From the NCBI GenBank assembly GCA_947473325.1, contig CANJEJ010000005.1, forward strand, positions 1 through 60,590: 60,590 bases of DNA. Direction: 5' to 3'. The notes beneath the pieces were generated by a model that did not search any database, was not told the origin of the DNA, and saw only the letters and a program-made list of their open reading frames with translations. Shown one piece after another: positions 1 to 8,329 of this stretch (position 1 is the stretch's first letter; each line of letters starts with the position of its first letter). A program made the position numbers and the translations under genes. The stretch comes from Alphaproteobacteria bacterium. Its GTDB lineage: Bacteria > Pseudomonadota > Alphaproteobacteria > SHVP01.

Positions 1-2
1 AC

Positions 3-959
3 CAGTGGCACGCCGTCCCGGTCCTGGCGCCGGCGATAGAACACCTGGCCGAAGGGCGTGTCGGCATAGCCGCGGACGATACGGCCGGGGATCGGCGCCG
101 GATTCGGGATGGGCGCCAGCGGCTTCACACCACGATGAGGTTCGAACAGGGCCGCGATGCGGTCGAGCCAGGCATCGTGGTCCGGCCCCAGCCGCTCGAT
201 CCGCGACGTCGCAGGCAGCGGCGGCAGCTTGTCGAGATGGGTGAAGAGCTGGTCGCTGGAGCGGGAGATATAGGTCGCCGGAATCGGCAGCGCGGCGATG
301 TCGGGGATGTAGTCGTAGCGGATCGCCGCCTTGGGCCCGCTGGAATACCAGGCGCCGGCGCGCACGATGTCCATGAACACGTCATGGATCTCGGCCACCG
401 GCGGCACGTCCATGTCGAGCCGGTTGGCGAGCGCGTATTCGTACCAGGGGAAGAACAGCCAGCGGTCGCGCACCCGGTTCCACGCCCAGGCGAGATGGCT
501 GCCTTCGGGCTTGGGCTCGAACAGCAGGCTTTCCTGGATGGTGCGGGCGATGGCGGCGGGTGTGAAGATCGGCATGCCGTCGATCACCGCAGCGGTGAAG
601 CGGCCGGGATGGTGACGGGCCATCGCCACCACCTCGATGGCGCCGGTACGGCTGCCATAGACGGGGCTGGGCCCGATGCCGAGCCGGTCCATCACGGCGA
701 CCAGATTGTCGAGATAGCCCGGCAAGGTCGGTTCGGCCGGACCCGGCAAGGGATCGGAGCCGCCGTAGCCGGGACGATCAAAGGCAATGGCTGTGTGGCG
801 TGCACCCAGGCGCGCAAGGTGCGGCTCGAGCTCCGCCGTCGATTTCGGCGACTGGTGTAGCAGAACGAGCGGCGGGCCGTCACCGGCGATCCGGTAGTGG
901 ACCTGGCGGCCGTCGATGGTCAGATAGCCGCGGCGGACGGCGGCCGACTGGGCCGGCAT
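3..959 (-). CDS. Alpha/beta-hydrolase fold protein, probably two tandem domains; runs off the left edge of the window
   Basis: Translated by hand (not in the ORF track): MPAQSAAVRRGYLTIDGRQVHYRIAGDGPPLVLLHQSP...AFDRPGYGGSDP...VYGSRTGA. A second domain appears to begin at RIVRGYADTPFGQVFYRR. GGAG RBS upstream. Confidence 0.8.
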   Translation of the reverse strand, partial: MPAQSAAVRRGYLTIDGRQVHYRIAGDGPPLVLLHQSPKSTAELEPHLARLGARHTAIAFDRPGYGGSDPLPGPAEPTLPGYLDNLVAVMDRLGIGPSPVYGSRTGAIEVVAMARHHPGRFTAAVIDGMPIFTPAAIARTIQESLLFEPKPEGSHLAWAWNRVRDRWLFFPWYEYALANRLDMDVPPVAEIHDVFMDIVRAGAWYSSGPKAAIRYDYIPDIAALPIPATYISRSSDQLFTHLDKLPPLPATSRIERLGPDHDAWLDRIAALFEPHRGVKPLAPIPNPAPIPGRIVRGYADTPFGQVFYRRRQDRDGVPL

Positions 960-1099
960 GGCAACTCCCGATCAGCAGGAACGAGGAAGAGGACAGAGAG
1001 TAGAGCAGCGCGTCACGAAAAAACCAGCGTTGCGCAGGTTGTCCTATCCAGCGGGCAAGGCCTGTGATTCCATCGCCCGTCCCCTTCCAGGAGTGTCCC

Positions 1100-1549
1100 A
1101 TGCTGTCGTGGTTGTTCGTGTTGCAGGTCGCCATTGCCGGCGCCCTGATCCCGGTCCAGTCGTCGGTCAACGCGCAGCTCGGACGTGTCGTCGGGCATCC
1201 GCTGGGTGCGGCGATGATGAATTTCATCGTCGGCCTTGCCGTGCTGATCACCATGTCGGCGGTGCTGCGCGCGCCCTTCCCCACTCCGGCGCGGCTGTCC
1301 GAGGCGCCGTTCTGGATGATCGTGGGCGGCGGCGTGATGGGGTCGTTCTTCGTCTTCACCGCGCTGTTCCTGACGCCGAAGCTGGGCGCGGCAACGCTGG
1401 TGGCGGGCATCATGGCGGGCCAGATCGTCGGCTCGCTGGTCATCGACCATTTCGGCCTGTTCGGCCTGCCGCAGCACGAAGTGAATGTCGGCCGCATCGC
1501 CGGCGTGCTGCTGCTGATCGCGGGCGTGGTGCTGGTGCGGAAGTTCTAG
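1100..1549 (+). CDS. DMT-superfamily inner membrane exporter (YdcZ/DUF606-like)
   Basis: AGALIPVQSSVNAQL, GGVMG, GQIVGSLVIDHFG motifs; about 5 TM segments; AGGAG RBS. Confidence 0.85.
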   Translation: MLSWLFVLQVAIAGALIPVQSSVNAQLGRVVGHPLGAAMMNFIVGLAVLITMSAVLRAPFPTPARLSEAPFWMIVGGGVMGSFFVFTALFLTPKLGAATLVAGIMAGQIVGSLVIDHFGLFGLPQHEVNVGRIAGVLLLIAGVVLVRKF

Positions 1550-1597
1550 AAGCCCGCGGCTCATCGGCTCAAGTGAGCGTCATCCCGCGTACAAACA

Positions 1598-1654
1598 AAA
1601 ACGGCGGCCATCGGCCACCGCTGAAAATAGAACGGCGGCCCCGAGGGGCCGCCG
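1598..1654 (-). terminator. Two tandem intrinsic terminators downstream of the histone-like gene
   Basis: Minus strand CGGCGGCCCC-TC-GGGGCCGCCG-TTCTATTTT, then GCGGTGGCC-GAT-GGCCGCCGTTTTTGTTT. Confidence 0.7.
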
Positions 1655-1778
1655 ATCACTTGGTCTTAGACGTTGAAAGCCCGCCTCTAGGCCACCCGGC
1701 GATTACCAAACCGGTCGTAGATGACGACCGTAGTGAGTGACGTGGGCTTTTGTTGTGCGGCTGTCTTCGTCGAAACCG

Positions 1779-1991
1779 TTAAGCCTTTTTTGCGGCCTTA
1801 CGCTTCGCGGGCTTGCGGGTCGCCTTCTTGGCGGCCGGCTTGCGCGCGGTCGTCTTGCGAGCCGTCGTCTTGCGGGCGGTGGTCTTCCGCGCCGTCTTCT
1901 TCGCCGCGGGCTTACGAGCCGTGGTCTTCTTCGCCGCCGGCTTCTTACGCTTCACAGTCTTCTTGGCCGCAGCCGTTTTCATCATCGCCAT
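1779..1991 (-). CDS. Small Lys/Ala/Arg-rich histone H1-like nucleoid protein (70 aa)
   Basis: MAMMKTAAAKKTVKRKKPAAKK(TTARK)n... with KPAAKK and TTARK repeats; strong GGAGGG RBS. Confidence 0.8.
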   Translation of the reverse strand: MAMMKTAAAKKTVKRKKPAAKKTTARKPAAKKTARKTTARKTTARKTTARKPAAKKATRKPAKRKAAKKA

Positions 1992-2075
1992 GGAACCCTC
2001 CAATTTGGTCCTCAATGCGGTCACAGGTGCTCACGCGTAATCACAGAACCACGCGAAAGTGGATTGATGCTAATC

Positions 2076-2338
2076 GATTCTTTTGCGTTCGTCACGCGAA
2101 AGTTGACAACTTTCTCCGAATATCACAGTCGCCACTTGGGACGAGTCCTTTGTCGGCAAGTGCAGCACAGCGCGACTCGGCTCTGATTCATCTTCGCGAC
2201 AGGAGTCGGACAAGGCGAGCAGACACGATTCAACTGGTCGCCGCCAAGGACTCGCAGGCTGCGTCCCGACTCGAAACAGGACTCGCGTGGCCATTACTTG
2301 AGTCGTTGTCCGATTCAGTTTGAAGAGTCCTAGGACTC
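2076..2338. promoter_or_regulatory. Dense array of 13 GANTC (CcrM-type methylation) sites upstream of the histone-like gene
   Basis: GANTC at 2076, 2143, 2174, 2185, 2203, 2227, 2249, 2268, 2280, 2300, 2312, 2325, 2334. Confidence 0.7.
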
Positions 2339-2404
2339 CCGGAGGGACCGTGACCGCCGTTACTATCCGCACGAAAAATCAATGTATTTCAGCCTGTTAG
2401 CTTC

Positions 2405-3172
2405 TCAGGGTGTGAGGCCGCCACCGTTCACATACAACACTTGGCCGGTCATGTAGCGGGCCGCGGGCCCCGCCAGGAACAGGATCGGGCCCACGACATC
2501 TTCGACGACCCCAAGTCTTCGCAGCGGGATTGCTTGCAAGTACTGGGAGAAGTCGCGCTGCCAGTTTTCGTTGTCGACGCGGCCCGTGCCGCCGGCGAGA
2601 AACGCGGTGTCGATGGCCGACGGCGCGACGGCATTGGCGCGCAGCCGCGGTGCATTTTCCACCGCGAGCGCCTTGGTGAGCGCGATGACGCCCGCCTTCG
2701 ACGCCGCATAAGGCCCGTAGCCGGCGAGCACGCGCGTCGCCAGGCCGGACGACATGTTGACGATGGCGCCGCCGTCCTTCATGCGCGGCACAGCCGCGCG
2801 GCAGATCAGGAAAGCCGCGCGCAGGTTGCCGGCGATGACTTCGTCCCAGGATTCAAGGCTTCGCGCATCTACCGGCGCAAGGTCATGGTTGAAGCCCACC
2901 AGCATCACCAGCACGTCGAACACGCCCACCCGGCCAAAGGCCGTGTCGATCGAGACCGGGTCGAAGGCGTCGATGGCGTGAAAATCTACGCCCGCCGGCA
3001 CCGGATGGCGGGCCTGCGACGCGGCGAGGTCTAGCACGGTGACGCGCAGGTCCGACTCAAGTGCCGCCCGCACCACGCCGCGGCCGATGCCACCACAGCC
3101 ACCGGCCACGACCATGTGGCTGCCGGGCGCCGGCCCGAGTCGGCGGAAATCGGGATGGGGCAGATCGCTCAT
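2405..3172 (-). CDS. SDR family oxidoreductase
   Basis: AGGCGGIG Rossmann motif, YAASK catalytic motif, TGQVLYVNGG C-terminus. Confidence 0.9.
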   Translation of the reverse strand: MSDLPHPDFRRLGPAPGSHMVVAGGCGGIGRGVVRAALESDLRVTVLDLAASQARHPVPAGVDFHAIDAFDPVSIDTAFGRVGVFDVLVMLVGFNHDLAPVDARSLESWDEVIAGNLRAAFLICRAAVPRMKDGGAIVNMSSGLATRVLAGYGPYAASKAGVIALTKALAVENAPRLRANAVAPSAIDTAFLAGGTGRVDNENWQRDFSQYLQAIPLRRLGVVEDVVGPILFLAGPAARYMTGQVLYVNGGGLTP

Positions 3173-3264
3173 GCGAACCTCAATGGTTTGGAAACCGTTA
3201 CGCTTGGCCCGGCCCCGCGACCGGGTCTATACGGGACGCGAACCGCATTCCGCCGGAACCGACC

Positions 3265-4230
3265 ATGATCCGCGCTTTCATCGACGGCAGCCTGAAGACG
3301 ATCGAGGTGTCGCAGCACGAGCATGTGCCCGCCACCGCGCCCTGGCTCGACCTGATGCAGCCGACCCGGGCCGAGGAGCTGGCCGTGGAAAAGGCGCTGG
3401 GTGTCGAGCTGCCGACGCGCGAGGAAATGCTGGAAATCGAACCGTCGAGCCGCCTTTACCAGCACAATGGCGCCACCTTCCTGACTGCCCACGTGCTGTT
3501 CCATTCGGACACCGACACGCCCAGCATCACGCCGATCTCCTTCGTGCTGGCGCAGGGCCGGCTGGTGACGATCCGCTATGAGGAGCCGCGCTCGTTCCAG
3601 GTCTTCGCCATGCATGCCGGGCGCGACAACACGCTCTGCCCCGACGGCCCGACCGCGCTGGTCGGCCTGGTCGATGCGATCATCGACCGCACCGCCGACA
3701 TCCTGGAGCGCACGGGCGCCGAGGTGGATGCCATCTCGCGCGACATCTTCACGCCCGAGGCGCGCAACCGCTCGACCAAGGACTTCTCCGCGATCCTGCG
3801 CAAGCTCGGCCGCAAGCAGGACCTGATCTCGAAGGGCCGCGACAGCCTGGTGACGCTCGCCCGGCTCCTGAGCTTTCTCGGCCTGCCGGGCGAGATCAAG
3901 GCGAACAAGGAGATCAGCGCCCATGTGAGGGTACTGGCGCGCGACGTGGCCTCGCTGACCGACCACGCCAGCTTCCTGACCGGCAATATCAGCTTCCTGC
4001 TCGATTCCTCGCTCGGCCTCATCAATGTCGAGCAGAACCAGATCATCAAGATCGTGTCGATCGTGTCGGTCGTGTTCCTGCCGCCGACGCTGGTGGCGAG
4101 CATCTATGGCATGAACTTCAACTTCATGCCGGAGCTGAAGTGGGATCTCGGCTATCCGCTCGCCCTCCTGCTCATGGCGCTGGCGGCCGTGCTGCCCTAT
4201 GCCTTCTTCAAGCGGAAGGGCTGGCTGTAG
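3265..4230 (+). CDS. corA: CorA-family Mg2+/Co2+ transporter
   Basis: LPTREEMLEIEPSSRLY N-terminal motif; YGMNF signature; MPEL loop. Confidence 0.92.
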   Translation: MIRAFIDGSLKTIEVSQHEHVPATAPWLDLMQPTRAEELAVEKALGVELPTREEMLEIEPSSRLYQHNGATFLTAHVLFHSDTDTPSITPISFVLAQGRLVTIRYEEPRSFQVFAMHAGRDNTLCPDGPTALVGLVDAIIDRTADILERTGAEVDAISRDIFTPEARNRSTKDFSAILRKLGRKQDLISKGRDSLVTLARLLSFLGLPGEIKANKEISAHVRVLARDVASLTDHASFLTGNISFLLDSSLGLINVEQNQIIKIVSIVSVVFLPPTLVASIYGMNFNFMPELKWDLGYPLALLLMALAAVLPYAFFKRKGWL

Positions 4231-4239
4231 CCGCGCCGG

Positions 4240-4950
4240 TCAGGCCGCGGCCCGGGCGCCGCTGCGTTCCAGGAAGCCGAACATGCGGGCATGCGCGCTG
4301 TGCGCCTCGGCCGCGTTGAAGACCTTCAGGCCGGTGCGCGTGAAGCCGTGGTCCACGGTCGGGTAGTCGAAGATCTCGACATCCTTCTTGTGGGCGAGTG
4401 CCGCCTTCACCTGGGCCACCGCCGCTTGCGACACATGCTTGTCGAGGCCGCAGAAGTGAAGCTGCAGCGGCGTCCTGACCCGGGGCGCAACCTCGAGCCG
4501 CTTTTCCAGCCGCACGCCATGGAAAGCCACGCCCGAGGTGACCGCCAGCCGCGCCGCCGCAAGATAGACCTGCAAACCGCCCAGGCAATAGCCGACCAGA
4601 TGCACCACGCCGTTGCATTCAGGCCGGGCACGGACCTGCTCGACGATGGTGCCGATGTCATCGACCGACTGGTCGTCGTTGAGCTTGTTGCGGGTGTTGA
4701 AGGCGTCGGTGAAGCCCTGCCCCTCATACTGGAAGACGGCGCCGGGGCTGGCGCGGAAATACATGTCCACCGCCAGCGCGGCATAGCCCTGCGCGGCGAA
4801 AAAGGGCACGCGCGACTTGATGAAGTCGGTCAGGCCGAAGATCTCGTGCAGGATGATCACGGCCGGGGCCGGCTTGCCGCCGGCCGGCGCCGCGAAAACG
4901 TTGCCGATGGCGAGGCCGTCGGACGAGCGGAGCGCGAGCGCGCCGGCCAT
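4240..4950 (-). CDS. Dienelactone hydrolase family protein
   Basis: HEIFG, GYCLGG nucleophile motif, D(K)HV, HGF triad; 8 bp after the NHase alpha stop. Confidence 0.88.
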   Translation of the reverse strand: MAGALALRSSDGLAIGNVFAAPAGGKPAPAVIILHEIFGLTDFIKSRVPFFAAQGYAALAVDMYFRASPGAVFQYEGQGFTDAFNTRNKLNDDQSVDDIGTIVEQVRARPECNGVVHLVGYCLGGLQVYLAAARLAVTSGVAFHGVRLEKRLEVAPRVRTPLQLHFCGLDKHVSQAAVAQVKAALAHKKDVEIFDYPTVDHGFTRTGLKVFNAAEAHSAHARMFGFLERSGARAAA

Positions 4951-4958
4951 GGCCGCGC

Positions 4959-5606
4959 TCAGACCGGGCGCGGCAGGGTGACGCCCACCATGCAGTCGCG
5001 GGTAATGAGGCCGGCCAGCGCCGCTTCGTCGAGCTTCTCGCTGCCCTTGGGCAGCATCGGCAGCACGAGGTAGCGCATGTCGGCGGTCGAATCGACGACG
5101 CGGATCTCGACATCGTCGCCGATCGTGGTGCCGAATTCCTGCAGCACAGCGCGCGGCTCGACGACGACGCGGGCGCGATATTCCGTGCTCTTGTACCAGT
5201 CGGGCGGCGGGCCGAGCAGCACGCGCGGATAGCAGGAGCACAGCGTGCAGACCACGACATGGTGCACCTGGGGCGTGTTCTCGAGGACGATCAGGTTCGG
5301 CTCCGGGCCGCCGAGGTCGTAGCCCAGCTCCTCGATCGCCTTCTTCGAACCCGTGAGCAGGCGCTGCTTGAAGGCGGGGTCGCGCCAGGCGCGGGCGATG
5401 ACGCGGGCGCCATCGGCCGGCGACACGGTGGCGCCCTGGTCGATCACGCGGCGCACATCGTCGGCGGTGAATAGGCCCTTTTCGATCAGCAGCTCGCGGA
5501 TCGCGCGCTCCAGCAGGGCGAATTCCTTCGCCTCGGCGTCCTGCTCGATCGGCGCGTGGTCGTCATGGTCGTGGTCATGGTCGTGATGGTCATGCGGGCC
5601 GGACAT
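4959..5606 (-). CDS. nthA: Cobalt-type nitrile hydratase alpha subunit / thiocyanate hydrolase gamma-like subunit
   Basis: VVCTLCSCYP metal-binding motif, PPDWYKS.EYRAR, GARVIARAW; His/Asp-rich N-terminus. Confidence 0.92.
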   Translation of the reverse strand: MSGPHDHHDHDHDHDDHAPIEQDAEAKEFALLERAIRELLIEKGLFTADDVRRVIDQGATVSPADGARVIARAWRDPAFKQRLLTGSKKAIEELGYDLGGPEPNLIVLENTPQVHHVVVCTLCSCYPRVLLGPPPDWYKSTEYRARVVVEPRAVLQEFGTTIGDDVEIRVVDSTADMRYLVLPMLPKGSEKLDEAALAGLITRDCMVGVTLPRPV

Positions 5607-5618
5607 GGTGGGTTTCCT

Positions 5619-5906
5619 TCAGCGCGCCGGCTCGAGCCAGTGTTCATAGATATCGGCCGACACGGTGTCGGCAGCGGGGCCCTTGTAGCCCGGCCACACC
5701 TCGGCCTGCTTGAAACGGATCAGGTACAGCGGCCGCTTGGGCAGGCCGGGCTTGCCGAAGGCGAGTTCTTCCGGGTTGCGGAATTCGCCCCAGCGCTCCT
5801 CGACCACCCCGGTCTTGCCGCGGATATAGAAAGGCGTGCGGATATGGCCGGGCGGATCGCCGGCCAGCACGCGCACCTTGTCGCCGACGGCGTAGCGGTA
5901 GCTCAT
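5619..5906 (-). CDS. NHase beta C-terminal SH3-like domain as a separate subunit (ScnA-like)
   Basis: YAVGDKVRV, GHIRTPFYIRGKTGVV, PLYLIRF..EVW, DIYEHWLEP; ATGA overlap with the upstream gene. Confidence 0.88.
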   Translation of the reverse strand: MSYRYAVGDKVRVLAGDPPGHIRTPFYIRGKTGVVEERWGEFRNPEELAFGKPGLPKRPLYLIRFKQAEVWPGYKGPAADTVSADIYEHWLEPAR

Positions 5907-6211
5907 GCCTCCGCTCCGTTTTTCTTGTAGGAGGCGATGCGCGCCTCGATCTGCGCGGGCGTGAGCACGCCCTTCTCGGTCAGAATCATGCGCATGGCCG
6001 ACAGCCATTTCTGGTAGTAGCTGAGGCGGTAATAGTCGTCGCCCAGCGATTCAATGCAGCGGCGAAGCTCGTCGACCCGGTAGAGCCGCGCACCATAGCC
6101 GCCCATCAGGCGCTGCAGCGCATCGACATGTCTGTCGAACGGGGTAAGGCTGTGTTCGCTGCGGTCGACAGGGCCGAAGTCCTTGCCGCCGACGTCATGC
6201 GGTCCGGGCAT
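5903..6211 (-). CDS. NHase beta N-terminal domain as a separate subunit (ScnB-like)
   Basis: HDVGG..FGPVD, DELRRCIESL, YYRLSYYQKWL, LTEKGVLT. Confidence 0.85.
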   Translation of the reverse strand: MPGPHDVGGKDFGPVDRSEHSLTPFDRHVDALQRLMGGYGARLYRVDELRRCIESLGDDYYRLSYYQKWLSAMRMILTEKGVLTPAQIEARIASYKKNGAEA

Positions 6212-6354
6212 GGCGCCATTACACGGCCATGCGCGGCCTTCGTCAATGTGATTGCGCGGGTGACGCCCACCCTTGTGCCTGCCGATGCAGGCTGGTATTG
6301 CGCTGGTCCACCACCCGGCATGCCGGCGTCGCCGCACCAGCAAACAGGCCTCCC

Positions 6355-7431
6355 ATGATGGATATTGTCGCCGAAATATTCAGCCCGGCCGGTCTGGCCG
6401 CGCTCGGCCAGGTCATCATGATCGACCTGGTGCTGGCCGGCGACAATGCGCTTGCCGTCGGCATGGCCGCCGCCGGCCTGCCCAAGCATCAGCGCGGCAA
6501 GGTCATCCTGATCGGCATCCTCGCCGCCACGGTGCTGCGCATCATCTTCGCGCTCGGCACCAGCTACCTGCTGGGCGTCTTTGGCCTGCTGCTGGCGGGT
6601 GGCGTGCTGCTGCTCTGGGTGTCGTGGAAGCTGTGGCGCGAGTTGCGCGCGGGCGGTGGCCACGCCCAGGAAGAGGGCGAGAAAGCCCTGGAAGGCCAGA
6701 CGGCACCAAGCGCCCAGCCCAAGACCTTCATGCAGGCGGCCATCCAGATCATCGCCGCCGACGTCTCCATGTCGCTCGACAACGTGCTCGCCGTCGCCGG
6801 CGCAGCGCACGATCACCCCACCGTGCTGATCATCGGCCTTGTGCTGTCGGTCGCGCTGATGGGCATCGCCGCCACGCTGGTCGCGCGCATCCTGCAGAAA
6901 TACCGCTGGGTCGCCTATATCGGCGTGCTCATCATCTTCTATGTCTCGATCGAGATGATCTGGAAGGGCGCCAACCAGTCCTATGGCGAGATGGTCACCG
7001 ACTGGCCCGCCTTCCGCCTGTGGATCATCGCGCTGCACATCATCGCAGCGACGATCTGGATCGGCGGCATGATCTGCCTGCCGCTGCTTTATGCCGCTCA
7101 TGTGCGCGGCCGGCTGCAGGCCGAGGCGCTGGTGAGGGCGGAACTCACCCTCCTGCGCATCGTCATCGCACCGGCCATGATCATCGGCCTTGTGCTGGGC
7201 GCCGTGCTGATGGTCATTCCCGGCGAGCCGGACCTCGCCAACACCTGGCTCTGGGTGAAGCTGGCCGGCGTGGTCGGCCTGCTCGCCCTGCACGGTGTCT
7301 ATGTGGTGGCGCAGCGGCGGCTGGCCGCCGGTGCCGGCATGTCGAGCGCGCTCACCTATGACAGCCTGGCCGCGGTTTCGCTGGCGGCGGGGGCGGTGAT
7401 CGTGATCATGGTGACCGTCCAGCCGTTCTGA
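6355..7431 (+). CDS. TerC/YjbE-family membrane protein fused to a C-terminal HemJ/CopD-like domain
   Basis: N-terminal IDLVLAGDNA and ADVSMSLDNVLAVAGAA (TerC). C-terminal LWIIALHIIAATIWIGG...PAM...WLWVKL...LH...VIVIMVTVQPF (HemJ-like). One continuous ORF. Confidence 0.82.
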   Translation: MMDIVAEIFSPAGLAALGQVIMIDLVLAGDNALAVGMAAAGLPKHQRGKVILIGILAATVLRIIFALGTSYLLGVFGLLLAGGVLLLWVSWKLWRELRAGGGHAQEEGEKALEGQTAPSAQPKTFMQAAIQIIAADVSMSLDNVLAVAGAAHDHPTVLIIGLVLSVALMGIAATLVARILQKYRWVAYIGVLIIFYVSIEMIWKGANQSYGEMVTDWPAFRLWIIALHIIAATIWIGGMICLPLLYAAHVRGRLQAEALVRAELTLLRIVIAPAMIIGLVLGAVLMVIPGEPDLANTWLWVKLAGVVGLLALHGVYVVAQRRLAAGAGMSSALTYDSLAAVSLAAGAVIVIMVTVQPF

Positions 7432-7499
7432 TCCCCCCGGCTGGACGGCCTTCGGCTTCGGGGCCTAACATCGGCCACCGGACAGCCAGGGAGGCAGCC

Positions 7500-7913
7500 A
7501 TGCCCGAACCGATCTTTCACATTGCCATCGCCGTCGACGACCTGAAGAAGGCGCGCGAGTTCTACATGGGCACGCTGGGCTGCACCGAGCGCGCCGACAC
7601 GGTGGGCCGCGGCCAGGCCGTGATCAACTTCTTCGGCGCCCAGCTGGTCGCCATCGAGGCGCCGGACCAGGTGGAAAAGTCGAACGATCAGGAAGGCTAC
7701 GAGCCCTACAAGCATTTCGGCATCATCATGGACTGGGACGAGTGGCATGCCCTGGTCGACCGGCTGAAGGCAAAGGGCGTGGCCTTCCGCACCGAGCCCA
7801 AGATTCGCGACCACAAGACCATCGGCGAGGTCGGCAACCTGTTCCTCGCCGATCCCTCCGGCAACTACGTCGAGTTCAAGAGCTACCGCAACCGCGCGCG
7901 GGTTCTTGCGTGA
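7500..7913 (+). CDS. VOC/glyoxalase family protein
   Basis: FHIAIAVDDL, FFGAQLV, HFGII, FLADPSGNYVEFK. Confidence 0.9.
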   Translation: MPEPIFHIAIAVDDLKKAREFYMGTLGCTERADTVGRGQAVINFFGAQLVAIEAPDQVEKSNDQEGYEPYKHFGIIMDWDEWHALVDRLKAKGVAFRTEPKIRDHKTIGEVGNLFLADPSGNYVEFKSYRNRARVLA

Positions 7914-8311
7914 CACCGGGCATCTCGCCCGAGGTCCTGCTCGAATTTGTTCTATTCTTGAGTCTGGGCGCGCTGGCGGGCTATTCGACTTATGCATTCG
8001 GCCTGTGGCGTCGCCGGGACGATCTGCTGAAACGGGAAAGGCGCCACCTGCGCCAGGTGATGCTGGCAGGCATCGCCTTGCTGGTCCCCGTCTCGCTCGA
8101 ATTTCTCACCGGGCTACTCTTCGGCTGGGGCGCCGCGGCACTTGTTCCCGCGGCACTCTGCGTCCTCTATGCCCTTGCGCTCTATCGCGGATCGCGCAGG
8201 TTTGGGGGCGCGCTCCAAGGCCTCGATGACGTCCTGCTCGAGGGGAGACCGCGCCACATCCAGGCCTCGCGCTGGGATCCGAAGCGCTGGGGTCCTCCGC
8301 CGCGGGAATAA
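7910..8311 (+). CDS. Hypothetical membrane protein
   Basis: GTGA overlap with the VOC stop; about 3 hydrophobic segments. Confidence 0.55.
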   Translation: MTPGISPEVLLEFVLFLSLGALAGYSTYAFGLWRRRDDLLKRERRHLRQVMLAGIALLVPVSLEFLTGLLFGWGAAALVPAALCVLYALALYRGSRRFGGALQGLDDVLLEGRPRHIQASRWDPKRWGPPPRE

Positions 8312-8329
8312 TCGCATGCGAAGGGCGCC

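Noticed and set aside
1790-1975. 15-bp tandem repeats suggesting a CRISPR or VNTR
   Set aside because: They encode the TTARK/KPAAKK repeats of the histone-like protein and have no unique spacers.
2076-2338. GANTC array as a CRISPR array or replication origin
   Set aside because: The repeat unit is only 5 bp and no cas genes are present. There are no DnaA boxes, no clear unwinding element and no origin-linked genes (hemE, dnaA, parAB) nearby.
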